Part shown: piece by piece, positions 1 to 11,409 of the stretch | How positions within the stretch are numbered: the stretch's first letter is position 1 | How the letters are laid out: each line of letters opens with the position of its first letter | Assembly: GCF_022539665.2 (NCBI RefSeq) | Contig: NC_081333.1 | Location: 11,594,001-11,658,000 of the forward strand | Direction of reading: 5' to 3' | Length of the DNA: 64,000 nt | DNA from: Daphnia carinata | Lineage: Eukaryota | Made by a program: the position numbers and the translations under genes | The notes under the pieces: model-generated | Database searches by the model: none | Seen by the model: only the letters and a program-made list of their open reading frames with translations | What the model was told of the DNA's origin: nothing

Positions 1-1
1 C

Positions 2-232
2 CATGTCGCATTTGTCGGTGACGGCCAAAATGATTTCTGTCCTAGCCTGCGACTCTCTCCTAAAGATTTTGTTTTCCCCCGAGAAGGATATTCCCTGGTC
101 AAGTATATCGAGAGAATGAAAGCCGAACAAGGCCTTCATATCAAAGCAAACATTCACACGTGGAGCTCGGGGTTGGATATCCTAAAAGTTCTCTCTGAAA
201 AAGTCCCATTGCTTGTCCAGCCAAACTCGTGA
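2..232 (+). CDS. PHOSPHO2: 3' end (partial, runs off window start) of a PHOSPHO1/PHOSPHO2-type HAD phosphatase
   Basis: Frame 2 (absent from the ORF track because it lacks a start) reads HVAFVGDGQNDFCPSLRLSPKDFVFPREGYSLVKYIERM...IHTWSSGLDILKVLSEKVPLLVQPNS*. It contains HAD motif IV (GDGxNDxCP) plus the PRxGY and WxSGxDI motifs typical of PHOSPHO1/2. AATAAA follows at ~278. Confidence 0.85.
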   Translation, partial: HVAFVGDGQNDFCPSLRLSPKDFVFPREGYSLVKYIERMKAEQGLHIKANIHTWSSGLDILKVLSEKVPLLVQPNS

Positions 233-3200
233 AAAGGAATGTCTGATTAAACTTTTACCATTGTTTTTAACTAAACAATAAAGATAAATTCGCCGTGCTA
301 ATCGTTTAAAAATGTCGTGCTTGTCGGGAATGTTTGAAAATCCGCTCGTGGTAGCTCACGTTTCCCTTGTTTGAACTGCATGCCCGTCCTTGTGCGACAT
401 CTGTGTAGAATTCATGGGGGGAAAAATCGTTTCGTTGCGACATTCGCTTCGGTGCCAAATCAATTAAAACACATTCATCCAAAAAATACGGGCAACTTTA
501 TTGACCTGTTTGATGGTAAGTAAGCTTTATAGTTAAACATACAGCAGTAAAGATGTCTGAAGCAGTCTAATTGCCTTGCCCCTTTTACCTTTCGCGGTTG
601 TAAGAAAGAAGACTTTCTAGTTGGTTTTCCCCTTCCATCTTCGCCGTCGGTTCTTTCAAAATCTGCAACGTTGTGCAACATCAGCCCCTTAAGCGTTACG
701 TCACGTGTCACTTTGCCGAACTGGAAAAACCTAAACTTCCGTGTCCCGTAGAGGAAATATCAGAAAGCTATATGGCCGTATGAGATGGTACCCCAGCAAT
801 GGACGATGAGTCAGATTCATTGGCATTTTTGCACTCGTTTGCCTGAATGCCCAACTTATTTCAAAATGCTATTGCAACGAACAGTTTTTCTTTCTCGATC
901 CGATGTTTTGTTGCAATTTCAAAAAGGCAGTTGGGTACGACGTGCGACGAAATGATGCAATAAATTCGTCTAGAGCCGCGCATATTGATTTCAAATTTTC
1001 CAGCCCTTGCCAAATGCTGAAAAGAGAACCCGACAATATTATTGACATTGTTCCCACCAAACCGGTGTGAGAGCGGTAGGAGCAACAAATAACTAGCGTT
1101 TCGAGAATCGTCAAAATTTTTAATAGTAAAAAAAGAAAAACGTAGGCTAACTCATTAGCTAAACGAATGGCAAAAAATGAAAATCCTGGCTTACGTACGT
1201 GAGAATTAAAATCTGAATTATTTTAGGACTTTTCATTTGAATTCGATGTGAAAATGCCAATTGACATGGGATGCGCGTCACCTGAATTTATTCCAACTGC
1301 GATCAGATATTGACGGAACTAGTAAAAACCGATCACCGTACCATTATGAACATTATTCCACCACATGTTAAGCAACTAGAAATTTAGAAACCAAACATGC
1401 AAAAAAAAGAGATTAATTGATTAACAAGTGGCGCCGCTTCGACGACATAAATACTGATTTTCATAGAGAAATGTAGGTTATTTCACTGGAAAGTAAGGAG
1501 GTTACTTTCGCGTTTATGAATTCTTCATCGAAAGCTTTTCGAGTTTTATTTCTCATCATGGTCAACTAGTTCAAGTAGGCGGACTACGACGTATGCCACT
1601 TTTTTTTTATTGACACTTAACCTGCGGCCCAAATCGTACCGGGCTTACGTGCCTTTTCTCTTCTATTTTCCTTGTCATAGCGGTTATTCAGAGGGACACA
1701 TGTTAAACGGTTTTTTCCGATACCACGCCTTTTTGTTTCTCTTGTACGATCGTGACCCATTCTCGATTCTTAATGACATTGAAATGTCTTACTGCCCTAG
1801 ACGGCCATTTTCTTTTTGCTAGACTATCGCCAATCGTTTATTTTTGGATTTCTCTTAGTTAGCTGCGACTGACCTCAATTTTCACTTAATGGAATTTATG
1901 CCCGATTGAATAATGGCTACTGCTTACCTGCCTAATCTCCCGCACCATTTTCATAATTAAAATTTTTGAAAGTTTTTTCTTTTTTGTGGTTGCTGGACGT
2001 GTTTTAAATGTAAATTCGCTGCCTTTCCAGTGGAAAAAAAACGGACAGCCTTGTCACGTAGTACGCGCCTGTCAATGTGCGGTTGATGGCTTTTTGTTCA
2101 AATTATTAAATGCGCATTTTTCTAGAGTGTAATGTTAAATCAGAGTTTTGACGTCAGCTGTGTACAGTTGTTTTTCTCCCGCACGGTCTTATCGTTGGTT
2201 TCCCAGCGTCCATACCTAAATAGCGATGGCCATTGCCCGCCTGTACCATCATGTACCATCCACCCTTAAGGGGATTTTTCTTCCTTTCCCTCTTTTTTTC
2301 TTTTAGATTTTTGTTTTCCTTTCTTTTAATTTTTTCGGGTTTTCGTGAACTTACTGAGAAGACAAGAACCCAAAAAGGCCCAGCGGCTTTCTATCAGTGC
2401 ATGCCACTATGTCCAAGTACGGAGTCCTTTCTCCAGTGAAAGATTTGATTCAACTCCACGTATTGAAAACGCATATCGTGTGGAAACAAAATAATGCTTA
2501 CACCAGTTTTATGAACGGCGTCATGGGCCGAATGAGAGCAAGAAGAAGTAGGTGACCTGCTACGTGGGCTGCGTGGGCAGGCGAAAGGTGTCTGACAGGA
2601 GGGCGACCGTGAAACGTTCAAAACGGGTAAAACTGAAATCAAATGCGGTCGCAGCGTGTGCTACTAGCAGATCGTATAAGTAGAAGAATTCTCGGTAAAT
2701 CTCTTGGCCGGTTAGGTGCGTTTCACGAAATCAGGCATGAAAAAACAGGACGAGGAAAACACAGTCGGTTGACATTTGAGTGGATTCCTGCTGCATTTCT
2801 AGTAGCAAATTAACGCATACTCGAATTCGAACGCCCTTCGATGCGGGTAATAATCAATGACCAGCCTGCCATTCTGGAAGATAACCTTTCGAAAAACACT
2901 GAAATGAAAATTCTATTCCTAGATGTGACCTTGCATTCGAGATAAAAAAAGACGTAGTGGATGTGTTGTAAAGAAAACTGATTAACAATCAGCGTCCCTT
3001 TTGATTATTGATTTATTTTTTTTAGCTCTTTAAAGAATACACATCACGTCGGTTGTTTTCTTGTTGTTCAGGTAACATTCTAGTAGTCACCGTCAATCAC
3101 GTAGGGATTCTTCCGATACGAACCGTCTTATCTAATATCGGGATGGCACCTTGCATACTACCATTCTTGGTATTTTATCGCTTTAACTGTACACTTTTCT

Positions 3201-3937
3201 TAGAGAGTTGAGAAAAAGAGCTCCCTGGGCGGTGGAATAGGTATGTGCCTGTCTGCTAGACTTCGTCATACTCTAGCTGGTTTCAGCCAGTATCTACATT
3301 CAACCGATCTCTCTTCGTTTATTAAAAGCTTTTCCTTATGTCCTTAGTATCACTAGTATGTCCAATGATGTCTTTCCGCAAATGTCCTTATTTCATTTGT
3401 ACCCTGCATTTTTTTTTCTGTCGGCCATTGAGCTTGTCTGAATCAGCCGTATCTTATTTAATCTGTGTGTCATGTTTTGACAATTTATTATGGAGTGTTA
3501 CCATAATATCTAAATCCCTTAAGCCATTGCTTTTATATTGCGGTTTTATTCTTTTGGATAAGTGTCGAAACGAAAACAGCTAGATGTATTGAGACTAGGA
3601 TATGGTCAAATAGTAAACAAGGCGACAAAATTTCCTATTCACATCATCACTACGACCAACATGCGTGTGTGTGTTAGATAAAAAAATGTTTGTGCAAGTG
3701 TTTGTTATGATTTGGAAGCCGCGCCTCCTCTCTCCTTCCCAAACCCGTTCCTCCCAATACAACGCCTAGCCTCGCACATATAGGAGGAGGTTATGTTTGG
3801 AGAAGCTGTCTGCCAGAGGTGGTCAAATGCGACTGTCTCCGACCTGCTTACCTTCAGTTTCGTCCGGAACGTCCACCTTGCCACGAGAAAAAAGAAGCCC
3901 TCTTACAAGAACGTAAGAGCCACGTTAAGTTTTCGTC

Positions 3938-6900
3938 ATGGCGTCTAATAATCAAGAGCCACCCAGCATTCTTGTTAATGAAGGTAATCACTATTCAGTA
4001 ACTTGAAATTTTCGATTGATTGTTTTTATTTATTTATTTCCATTTTAGGTGATACAGGGGTGAGAGTTTTAAGCCCGTCTCCTGGTGTTAAGAGGCGATC
4101 TCTCCGCAACAGGAGGTCGGATGCGATGCATGGTAAGACATATTCAATGTAATTGCTTTCTGTTTTCTAGTTCAAACTTTCTAAATTTTAGATTTGCCGC
4201 CGAGTATGCGAGTTCGTTTTATCTTGGGTGAGGATGCGGATAAACCAGGTCAAAATGAGCCACGTCCCATCTTTTCCGAAATGGAGGAGTTTAAAAGCGA
4301 TGATGGTACTGATGGCGAATGGAAAGAAGTTGCTCGGTAAATGGGTTCGCATGATTGCATATTCAACAGGATGACCTAAATGTATATTTACGATATGTAG
4401 ATGGATCAAGTTTGAAGAGGACGTGGAAGACGGCGGTAACCGATGGACTAAACCTTTCGTCGGCACCTTGTCACTTCACGCGCTCTTCGAATTTCGTAGC
4501 GCTTTGCTAAATGGAACTTTAATGCTGGATGCGGAGGCTACTACTGTCGAGGAAGTGGTTAAGGTCATTGTCGACAAAGTCTGCTCTACTCATCAACTGA
4601 CGGCCGATCAGAAGAACCAAGTATGTTACATGCGCCATCAATGCCAAAAGAAATGTTGACATCGATTTATGTTTGTAGATGATGGAAGTCATGGCCTGTC
4701 CTCATCGACATCTTTACGAAGTCCAAAAATCCGCCCCACTACTGATGAGCGAGAAAAGCCGCAACAGTTCGGCGAAAAGTAGGTTTACCACTAACTCATC
4801 TTTCCTGAGGAAATGTAGATTAGGCCAGTACATCCGTTTTTCGTTTGTACATGAATTGCTATTGTTATTTACGTTCGTCTACATTTTTTTCTTTGAAAAG
4901 CGGAACGAACAGTTAAGTATTTACTCACACGGCTATTCGCATTTGTTTTCTAGATTTAACCGAATCACGCTCGAAAGTCGGCCTAGCTTTACCCAGCGTT
5001 CCGTCCATGACAAACACCGCGAATGCCGCAAAAGTATGCATTTACCTTTTTAACTAAACATATTTTAGTATGACGAGTGGGGTCTCTTCCACCGCGTTGG
5101 AAGTTGAACACATTTTTTATGATTCCATCACTTTATTATTTGAAGGGAAATTCACCGTTCATGAAGAAGATTCCACCTGGAGCCGAGGTGAACAACGTTC
5201 TAGTGGGAGAAGTTGACTTTCTGGACAAGCCGGTTTCGGCTTTCGTTCGGTTGTCCAAGGCCGTTGTTTTAGGTGATTTCGCCGAAGTCCGACTACCTTC
5301 GCGTTTCTTTTTTCTGCTTCTCGGACCCAAGGTATCAGTTCTAGATTACTAGGTGTCACGTATTTGAATAATTGGTCAAGTCCCGTCTTGAAATCAACAG
5401 CAAAAGAGAAATCCAGTTTTTTTAGTTTTTAATGACCTGAATCACGGAATGCGATATACTCTTTTGCTTGTTGATCACGACGCGCCGATAAGACAAGTGA
5501 TGGATAAGGCTAAACATAACAAAAAATTCGTTATTTTTATTTATTGTAGACTCTAATCCAGTCGTGATATTAATCTCTAAGTCGCGTAGCGCTAAAAAAA
5601 ATTTGTGTGTACGTCAAACAAAAACGAAAGAAAAAGGTTAGCCAAGTGAAACCTAACTATCTAGCCAAGGTTCAAGGCTCGCCACCTTGATGAAATATAC
5701 CCACCGCCCTGTTCGGATATTGTACCATCCGGTTACTGCCTAGCTTGGAAATCGTATCTCAAGGATCATTGGGTTTTACACAAAATGATTTATTGAAAAA
5801 AGATTACTCCGCTCTCTGATAGGTTCGGTCCATTGACGTAGTTTATAACACGAATTTCACAATCTTGGGAAATAAGTTAAGTCAACAAAGTGAGAATATG
5901 ACACGTTCTTTTCTTTTCAGGGACAATTGGAGGATTATCGCGAGGTAGGCCGAGTTGTGGCCACCTTGATGTCCGATGAAGTTTTCAATGCCGTTGCATA
6001 CCGCGCAAAGAATCGCGACCATCTCTTGGCTGGCATTGATGAATTTATGGATGCTGTCACCATTCTGCCGCCCGGTGAATGGGATCCGTCTATTCGTATC
6101 GAACCCCCGACCAATGTACCTTCTCAAGAGCCGCGAAAGAATCCCGATAAGCCACCAGAAGAGAAGGAAGACCCTGCTTTGGAGGAGCTCAAAATTTTGG
6201 AAAGCCAAGGCCTCGTCCGTACCGGACGTTTCTTTGGTGGCTTGATCGACGACGTGAAGCGCAAACTTCCATTGTAGGCAATCTTATGTAAACGTTACGC
6301 GGTTTAAATAATAATGATGTGTTCGTGACATTAGTTACAAGTCGGATTTTACCGATGCGTTCGCCGTCCAGAGTATTGCATCAATCACCTTCTTGTACTT
6401 TGCTTCCTTGTCACCGATTATCACCTTTGGTGGACTGCTGGGAGATGCCACTGAGAACCGACTGGCGGCGCTTGAATCTCTCTGCGCTGGATGCATTTGT
6501 GGAATGTAAATGAACATTTTTTTTTTACTTTCACTATTTATAATTCTATCCATCTTTCTGGTGGGAGGAAAAAAATGTATTTATTTACCCTCGCGTTTAA
6601 ATTCCAGAATCTATTCCCTGTTTGCCGGACAGCCCCTCGCCCTGTTGAATGCCACTGGCCCTGTCCTGGTTTTCGAAGGTATTCTCTACAGTTTCTGCAG
6701 GTAACATTCCATTTTTCCCCTGACAATGGAGGAATTTTCTTTTCTAACCTTAACCATATCTTGCGATTATCTCTTGAAGTAAAAACGGCTACGATTACCT
6801 TTCACTCCGCTTATGGGTGGGTGTCTGGATGGGTGTCTTTATGATCACCCTTTGTGCCTTTGAAATCTCCGCTTGGGTGGCCTACATCACACGTTTTACT

Positions 6901-9216
6901 GAGGAGAACTTTGCACTCCTTATCGCATCCATCTACGTGTACAAGGTAATCGGTTCGTGCTTGGCGTTCAACGTTCATTTTTAACGGGATATTTTAAACT
7001 ACGTAGGCGTTCGAGAAAATCATAAACATTGGAATAGACTATCCACTTTTCCCTCCTGCACCCAAGCTGAATGCCACGGATTGCTATTGTTATCCGAGCA
7101 ATGAGACTTTGTCATTGGCCCAAGATGCCTTAGGTGAAATGGGTCCTTACAATTGGACGGGATTGCTAACTAACAGTTGCGCAGAGGTATTTTCAAGAGC
7201 TTTCCTTGAAGTATGATCACATTTATTGAATATAATACTAACTAATCTTCTGTTGAAGATATGGAATGGCACTCTGATGGGCGAAGATTGTTTCCCAAAA
7301 CCATGGTATCCCAACGTTTTCTTGATGTCCGTCCTCTTGTCCGTTTTCACCTACAGCGTCTGCGTCACCTTAAAGGGAATGAAACACACACTCTACTTTC
7401 CTTACAAAGTACGTCAGCACGTCCCCAAAGTGACATTTTTTCCTATCTTACTTTTTAAAAAACCCATTTTTTATTTATGAAAAAATAGGTACGCTCATTG
7501 ATTAGTGATTTCGCCGTTTTTATCTCCATCTGCTCGATGACTGGCTTGGACTTCTACGCTGGCGTTCAAACTCCCAAACTCTTTGTAATAAAATATCATT
7601 TTATTGAGTTCTTTGAAATAGCCTTCGATGACCATCATGATTAATCAGGTCCCCAGTGATTTCAAACCCACTTGGCCGGGACGTGGCTGGATTGTCAACC
7701 CTATCCATCCGGACAATCCTTGGTGGATTATTCCGGGTGCCATGCTTCCAGCTGCCCTTGCCACCATTCTACTCTTCCTCGACCAGCAAATTACGGCTGT
7801 CATCGTCAACCGCAAGGAAAACAAATTGAAGGTGATATTTCGTGAAAGTTTTTTTTTTGTCACGTAGCGCATGGTTCCATGACACTGCGATTTCACAATT
7901 CAAATGGCTTCTATTAGTAAGGGGATTTCAAAGTTACTTTTTGTGACTACAGAAAGGATGCGGCTATCATTTGGACTTGTTCGTTTTGGCCATTCTAACG
8001 GCTCTGATGGGCCTGATGGGTCTCCCATGGCACGTCGCCGGTACCGTTATTTGCATTAACCACGTCAACTCATTGAAACAAGAATCAGAAACAGCTGCCC
8101 CCGGCGAAAAGCCCGTCTTCCTTGGTGTTCGGTAAGCAAATATTTACCTATTTATTTATTTTTTGCACAACGCAATCAATTTATTTTTAAACGATGAATG
8201 TTTTCAGAGAGCAACGTGTCACGCATTTGGTTATCTTTTTACTGGTTGGTTTGTCCGTATTCATGACACCAATCCTTAAATTCATTCCAATGCCCGTCCT
8301 GTACGGCGTCTTTCTCTACATGGGAACGGCTCCATTATCAGAGATGCACTTTTTCGATCGCCTGCGCATCATTTTTATGCCTGCCAAGTACCAACCAGAC
8401 TTCAACTACCTGAGGAAAGTGCCATTGAAGCGAGTTCACATGTACACGGCCATCCAGTTGGTTTGCTTCGCCGTTCTGTGGGTTGTCAAGACCAATGAAA
8501 CGATTTCCATTTCTTTCCCACTGATGGCAAGTTGTATTTATCTGCGAACGTATTCTGTACAGCGTCATAACTCAACGGTTTCTATTCGTTTTTAGTTGGT
8601 GATTATGATCTTTATCCGAAAAGCCTTGGACTATGTCTTTACCAGAGAAGAGTTGCACGTTTTGGACTCGGTTATCCCACCATTCCGCAGGAGTAAGAAA
8701 CCACCGCAAGTGGAAGTAAGTACTGAGTTATAGTAAACGTTAAACATTAAATATATTTACAAATATCTTGCTTTTCTCTAAAGTCTGGATCCAAATCGGT
8801 TGTTAATGGCAAAGGACAAAGTTATTCGGCATTGCCTAAAAACAGCTCGAAAGTCAATATTAGTGACGAAGTGGCAAGATCAGGCGCATGGCTTCACGTC
8901 AACCACAGCAAATCTACATTCCAAGAGTACGTATTTCTTACTCTTACATTCAGGTTTAAAATGAAATAGACTTTAAAAGTATTTTACCTTGAATTGTATA
9001 GTGGCACTGAGATGACCAGCTATAGGAGAAAAGATTATGGTGATGCGAAAGTGAGTGACGACGAAAATGAACCTCTCACTTTCTTATCAGGAACCAAAAG
9101 AATTCAAATACAGGTAATAGTTTTGTTGTCCGTTTTCTCTTTCATTTTAACCTTGTGCCATACTTACCTGATTTCTTTTTTACTTTGAACAGCCTGGCAC
9201 AAAACACAATCAGTGA
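3938..9216 (+). CDS. SLC4-family Na+-coupled bicarbonate transporter (NDAE1/NBC/NDCBE-like), about 20 exons
   Basis: Spliced model starts at ATG 3938 (exons 3938-3983, 4049-4132, 4192-4336, 4401-4620 ...; last exon 9193-9216). Family motifs: [132 protein letters not shown]. Asp in DQQIT indicates the Na+-coupled branch rather than AE. Exon boundaries at 4779-5146 are uncertain. Confidence 0.93.
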
Positions 9217-9909
9217 ACTACTTTTCATAGACGTCAGTTGCAATTAGAAGGCGTATAAAAGAACATCAAGGCCTGCCCGTGACATATTGGATTTCTTCGT
9301 CCAAATTCCTTAAACAACTAAATTATGGAGATTGAAATTTTACAGAGGCTTATTACCATCGAGAATGGGGATATAGTACAAACACGCGAGCCTTAGGTGT
9401 ATCAAATCTTAGCGATGCCTCCTTCCTTTTTCTTCAAATATTACAGAGATCAAATGATAGCGTTTATGATATAGTCATGGCCAAGATAGAAGGATTCATT
9501 GTCGTTGATTTGCAGAGAGCATTTGAAGTGGCTTGACCATGTTTTTTAGGGCCATGTATTTTCATTCTTCAGTTCAGGTGCTGTAATTGCAATTTAAATT
9601 GAAAAACATTCATTCATCTAATTTTTGTAATATACACGACCTTACTCTACTTTACTTTATCTTCTGTGTCCTTTGTTTGCCGTTGGATTAAATCGCAGCT
9701 GGAAATTAAAAGAAAAGGCTTTATTTCGAGATCCAGCCGCTCGTAAGTTGCAGTGTGGCAACGTGTAGCAAGTCGTTTTTCTCGTCGGAGCAGCGATTTG
9801 GGTTCTATTATTATTACGGGTGAGAAAGTTCCATTGGAAGGTGCAGCCTTCTATTTCTGCGTGTTCACCGTTGCTGTTCCATATTTTGTTGGGCGTCAAC
9901 CATCGTGCA

Positions 9910-11222
9910 ATGACTGGTAATAACACTGTTTCATTTATTTTATATATTGTAAAAACCCCAGTAAAGTTATTGATTTTTGTAAATCGATCAATATGAAATT
10001 TCTCCTTTTTTTCAAGAAATATTCACCGATGATGACAAGCAATACTTGATCAGGCCAATCAAAGGAAAGGGTCAAGGGCGTGACACGCTTACGTTTGACG
10101 TTAAATGTAAAAATGATGCTCACATTGCATTGCTCAGCAGCGAGGAAATTACTTCACCCATGGTCGAAATTTTTATTGGCGGATGGACCAACCAAAAATC
10201 GGCTATTCGTCTGAATCAAAGCCGACCCGACAAGGCCGAAGAACCTACGCCTGATATTGTTTGCTGCGAAGAGTATCGACGTTTCTGGATTCGCTTCAGA
10301 AATAACCTTTTTCAAGTTGGAAGAGAGGGAGACGAAGAGCCTTTCCTCAGTTGGGAAAATACTGAAGAGCCATTCAAAGTGACTCATTTCGCTTTCTCCA
10401 CCGGATGGGGATCAGCTGGTTCTTGGATCTTTGACGACGGTACGTCAACTTTGTGAAAATTATGTTTCTCTTCTTTACGATTCATTTTCCATTTCAGAGG
10501 AGCAATCTTCGTCTTCCTCTTCGTCGTCTTCGGAAGAAGAGGATGCCGAAAAAATCCGACAGAGTATGCAAAACATAACCTACTTAATTCTTTAATTCCA
10601 TGCTGATTTTTAATATCCTACTCATTCCAGGAGGTAAGAAGCCATTCTACCGTCGACCAGCAGTTTGGTTAGACATGAAAGATGGAAAAGTGCCAATGAG
10701 GGCTGTTATTGGCGGTGTAGACTCGTCAGGAGAAAAGATCTATGTCGGTCGACTCAAGAAAGATGGGACTCTTTTACCTGGTAAAATAGTCCCCTCGCAT
10801 AGTTGTTGTTATGCGGCTCACGACGGTCAAGAGTGTGGATCATCAAAGTTTCAGGTATCTTTCATACGTTCGATAGTGAAACAAGTCAACATCAATTATG
10901 TCCCACATAGGTTTTAGTTCGCAACAAATGCTGTGAACTCATCTGGGTTGCCGCTGGTGATGGACATATTCCATTTGGTGCTCTTCAAGGGGGATTCTGT
11001 ACGGATAAGGAACCCGTTTATATTGGAAGAGTCATGCATGAAGGAGCCACTTCCATTGGATTGGTAATTTAAACTTACTATTTATAACTGATGTAATACC
11101 GTGATGCTGAATCGTCTATTAAGGTACATCCATCACGTGGAATTTGTCTGTGTTCCTATGGCGGTGAGGAAATCTCCCACAACGAGTACGAAGTCTTGGT
11201 CGTCAAGTCTGTCCCACTTTAA
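9910..11222 (+). CDS. Farnesoic acid O-methyltransferase-like (Methyltransf_FA) domain followed by DM9/DUF3421 repeats
   Basis: Exons 9910-9916, 10017-10439, ~10498-10564, 10631-10854, 10911-~11063, ~11124-11222. Peptides MTEIFTDDDKQY..FDVKCKNDAHIAL..MVEIFIGGWTNQKSAIR..YRRFWIRF..FSTGWGSAGSW (FAMeT domain), then a Ser/Glu linker, then AVIGGVDSSGEKIYVGR..LLPGKIVPSH..GGEEISHNEYEVLV (DM9). Confidence 0.88.
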
Positions 11223-11409
11223 ACCTAGCAGCCAAGCATATTTGTGATAACTGGTATTTCATTGGATTTGAAATGAATTGAGAAAAAAAATGCCAATAAA
11301 TGATTGCAGACATTTAAAAAAAAAGAAAAAGAAATTGTTGACAACGTCGAAACTCCGAAGAAGAAATGGTGCACAGTAAATCAGTACAACTGTATTGGAC
11401 TTGTGCTAT

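Noticed and set aside
10855..10910. Donor GTATCTTT resembling a U12-type 5' splice site in the FAMeT/DM9 gene
   Set aside because: No TCCTTAAC-like branch site, and the intron is only 56 nt; most likely an ordinary U2 intron.
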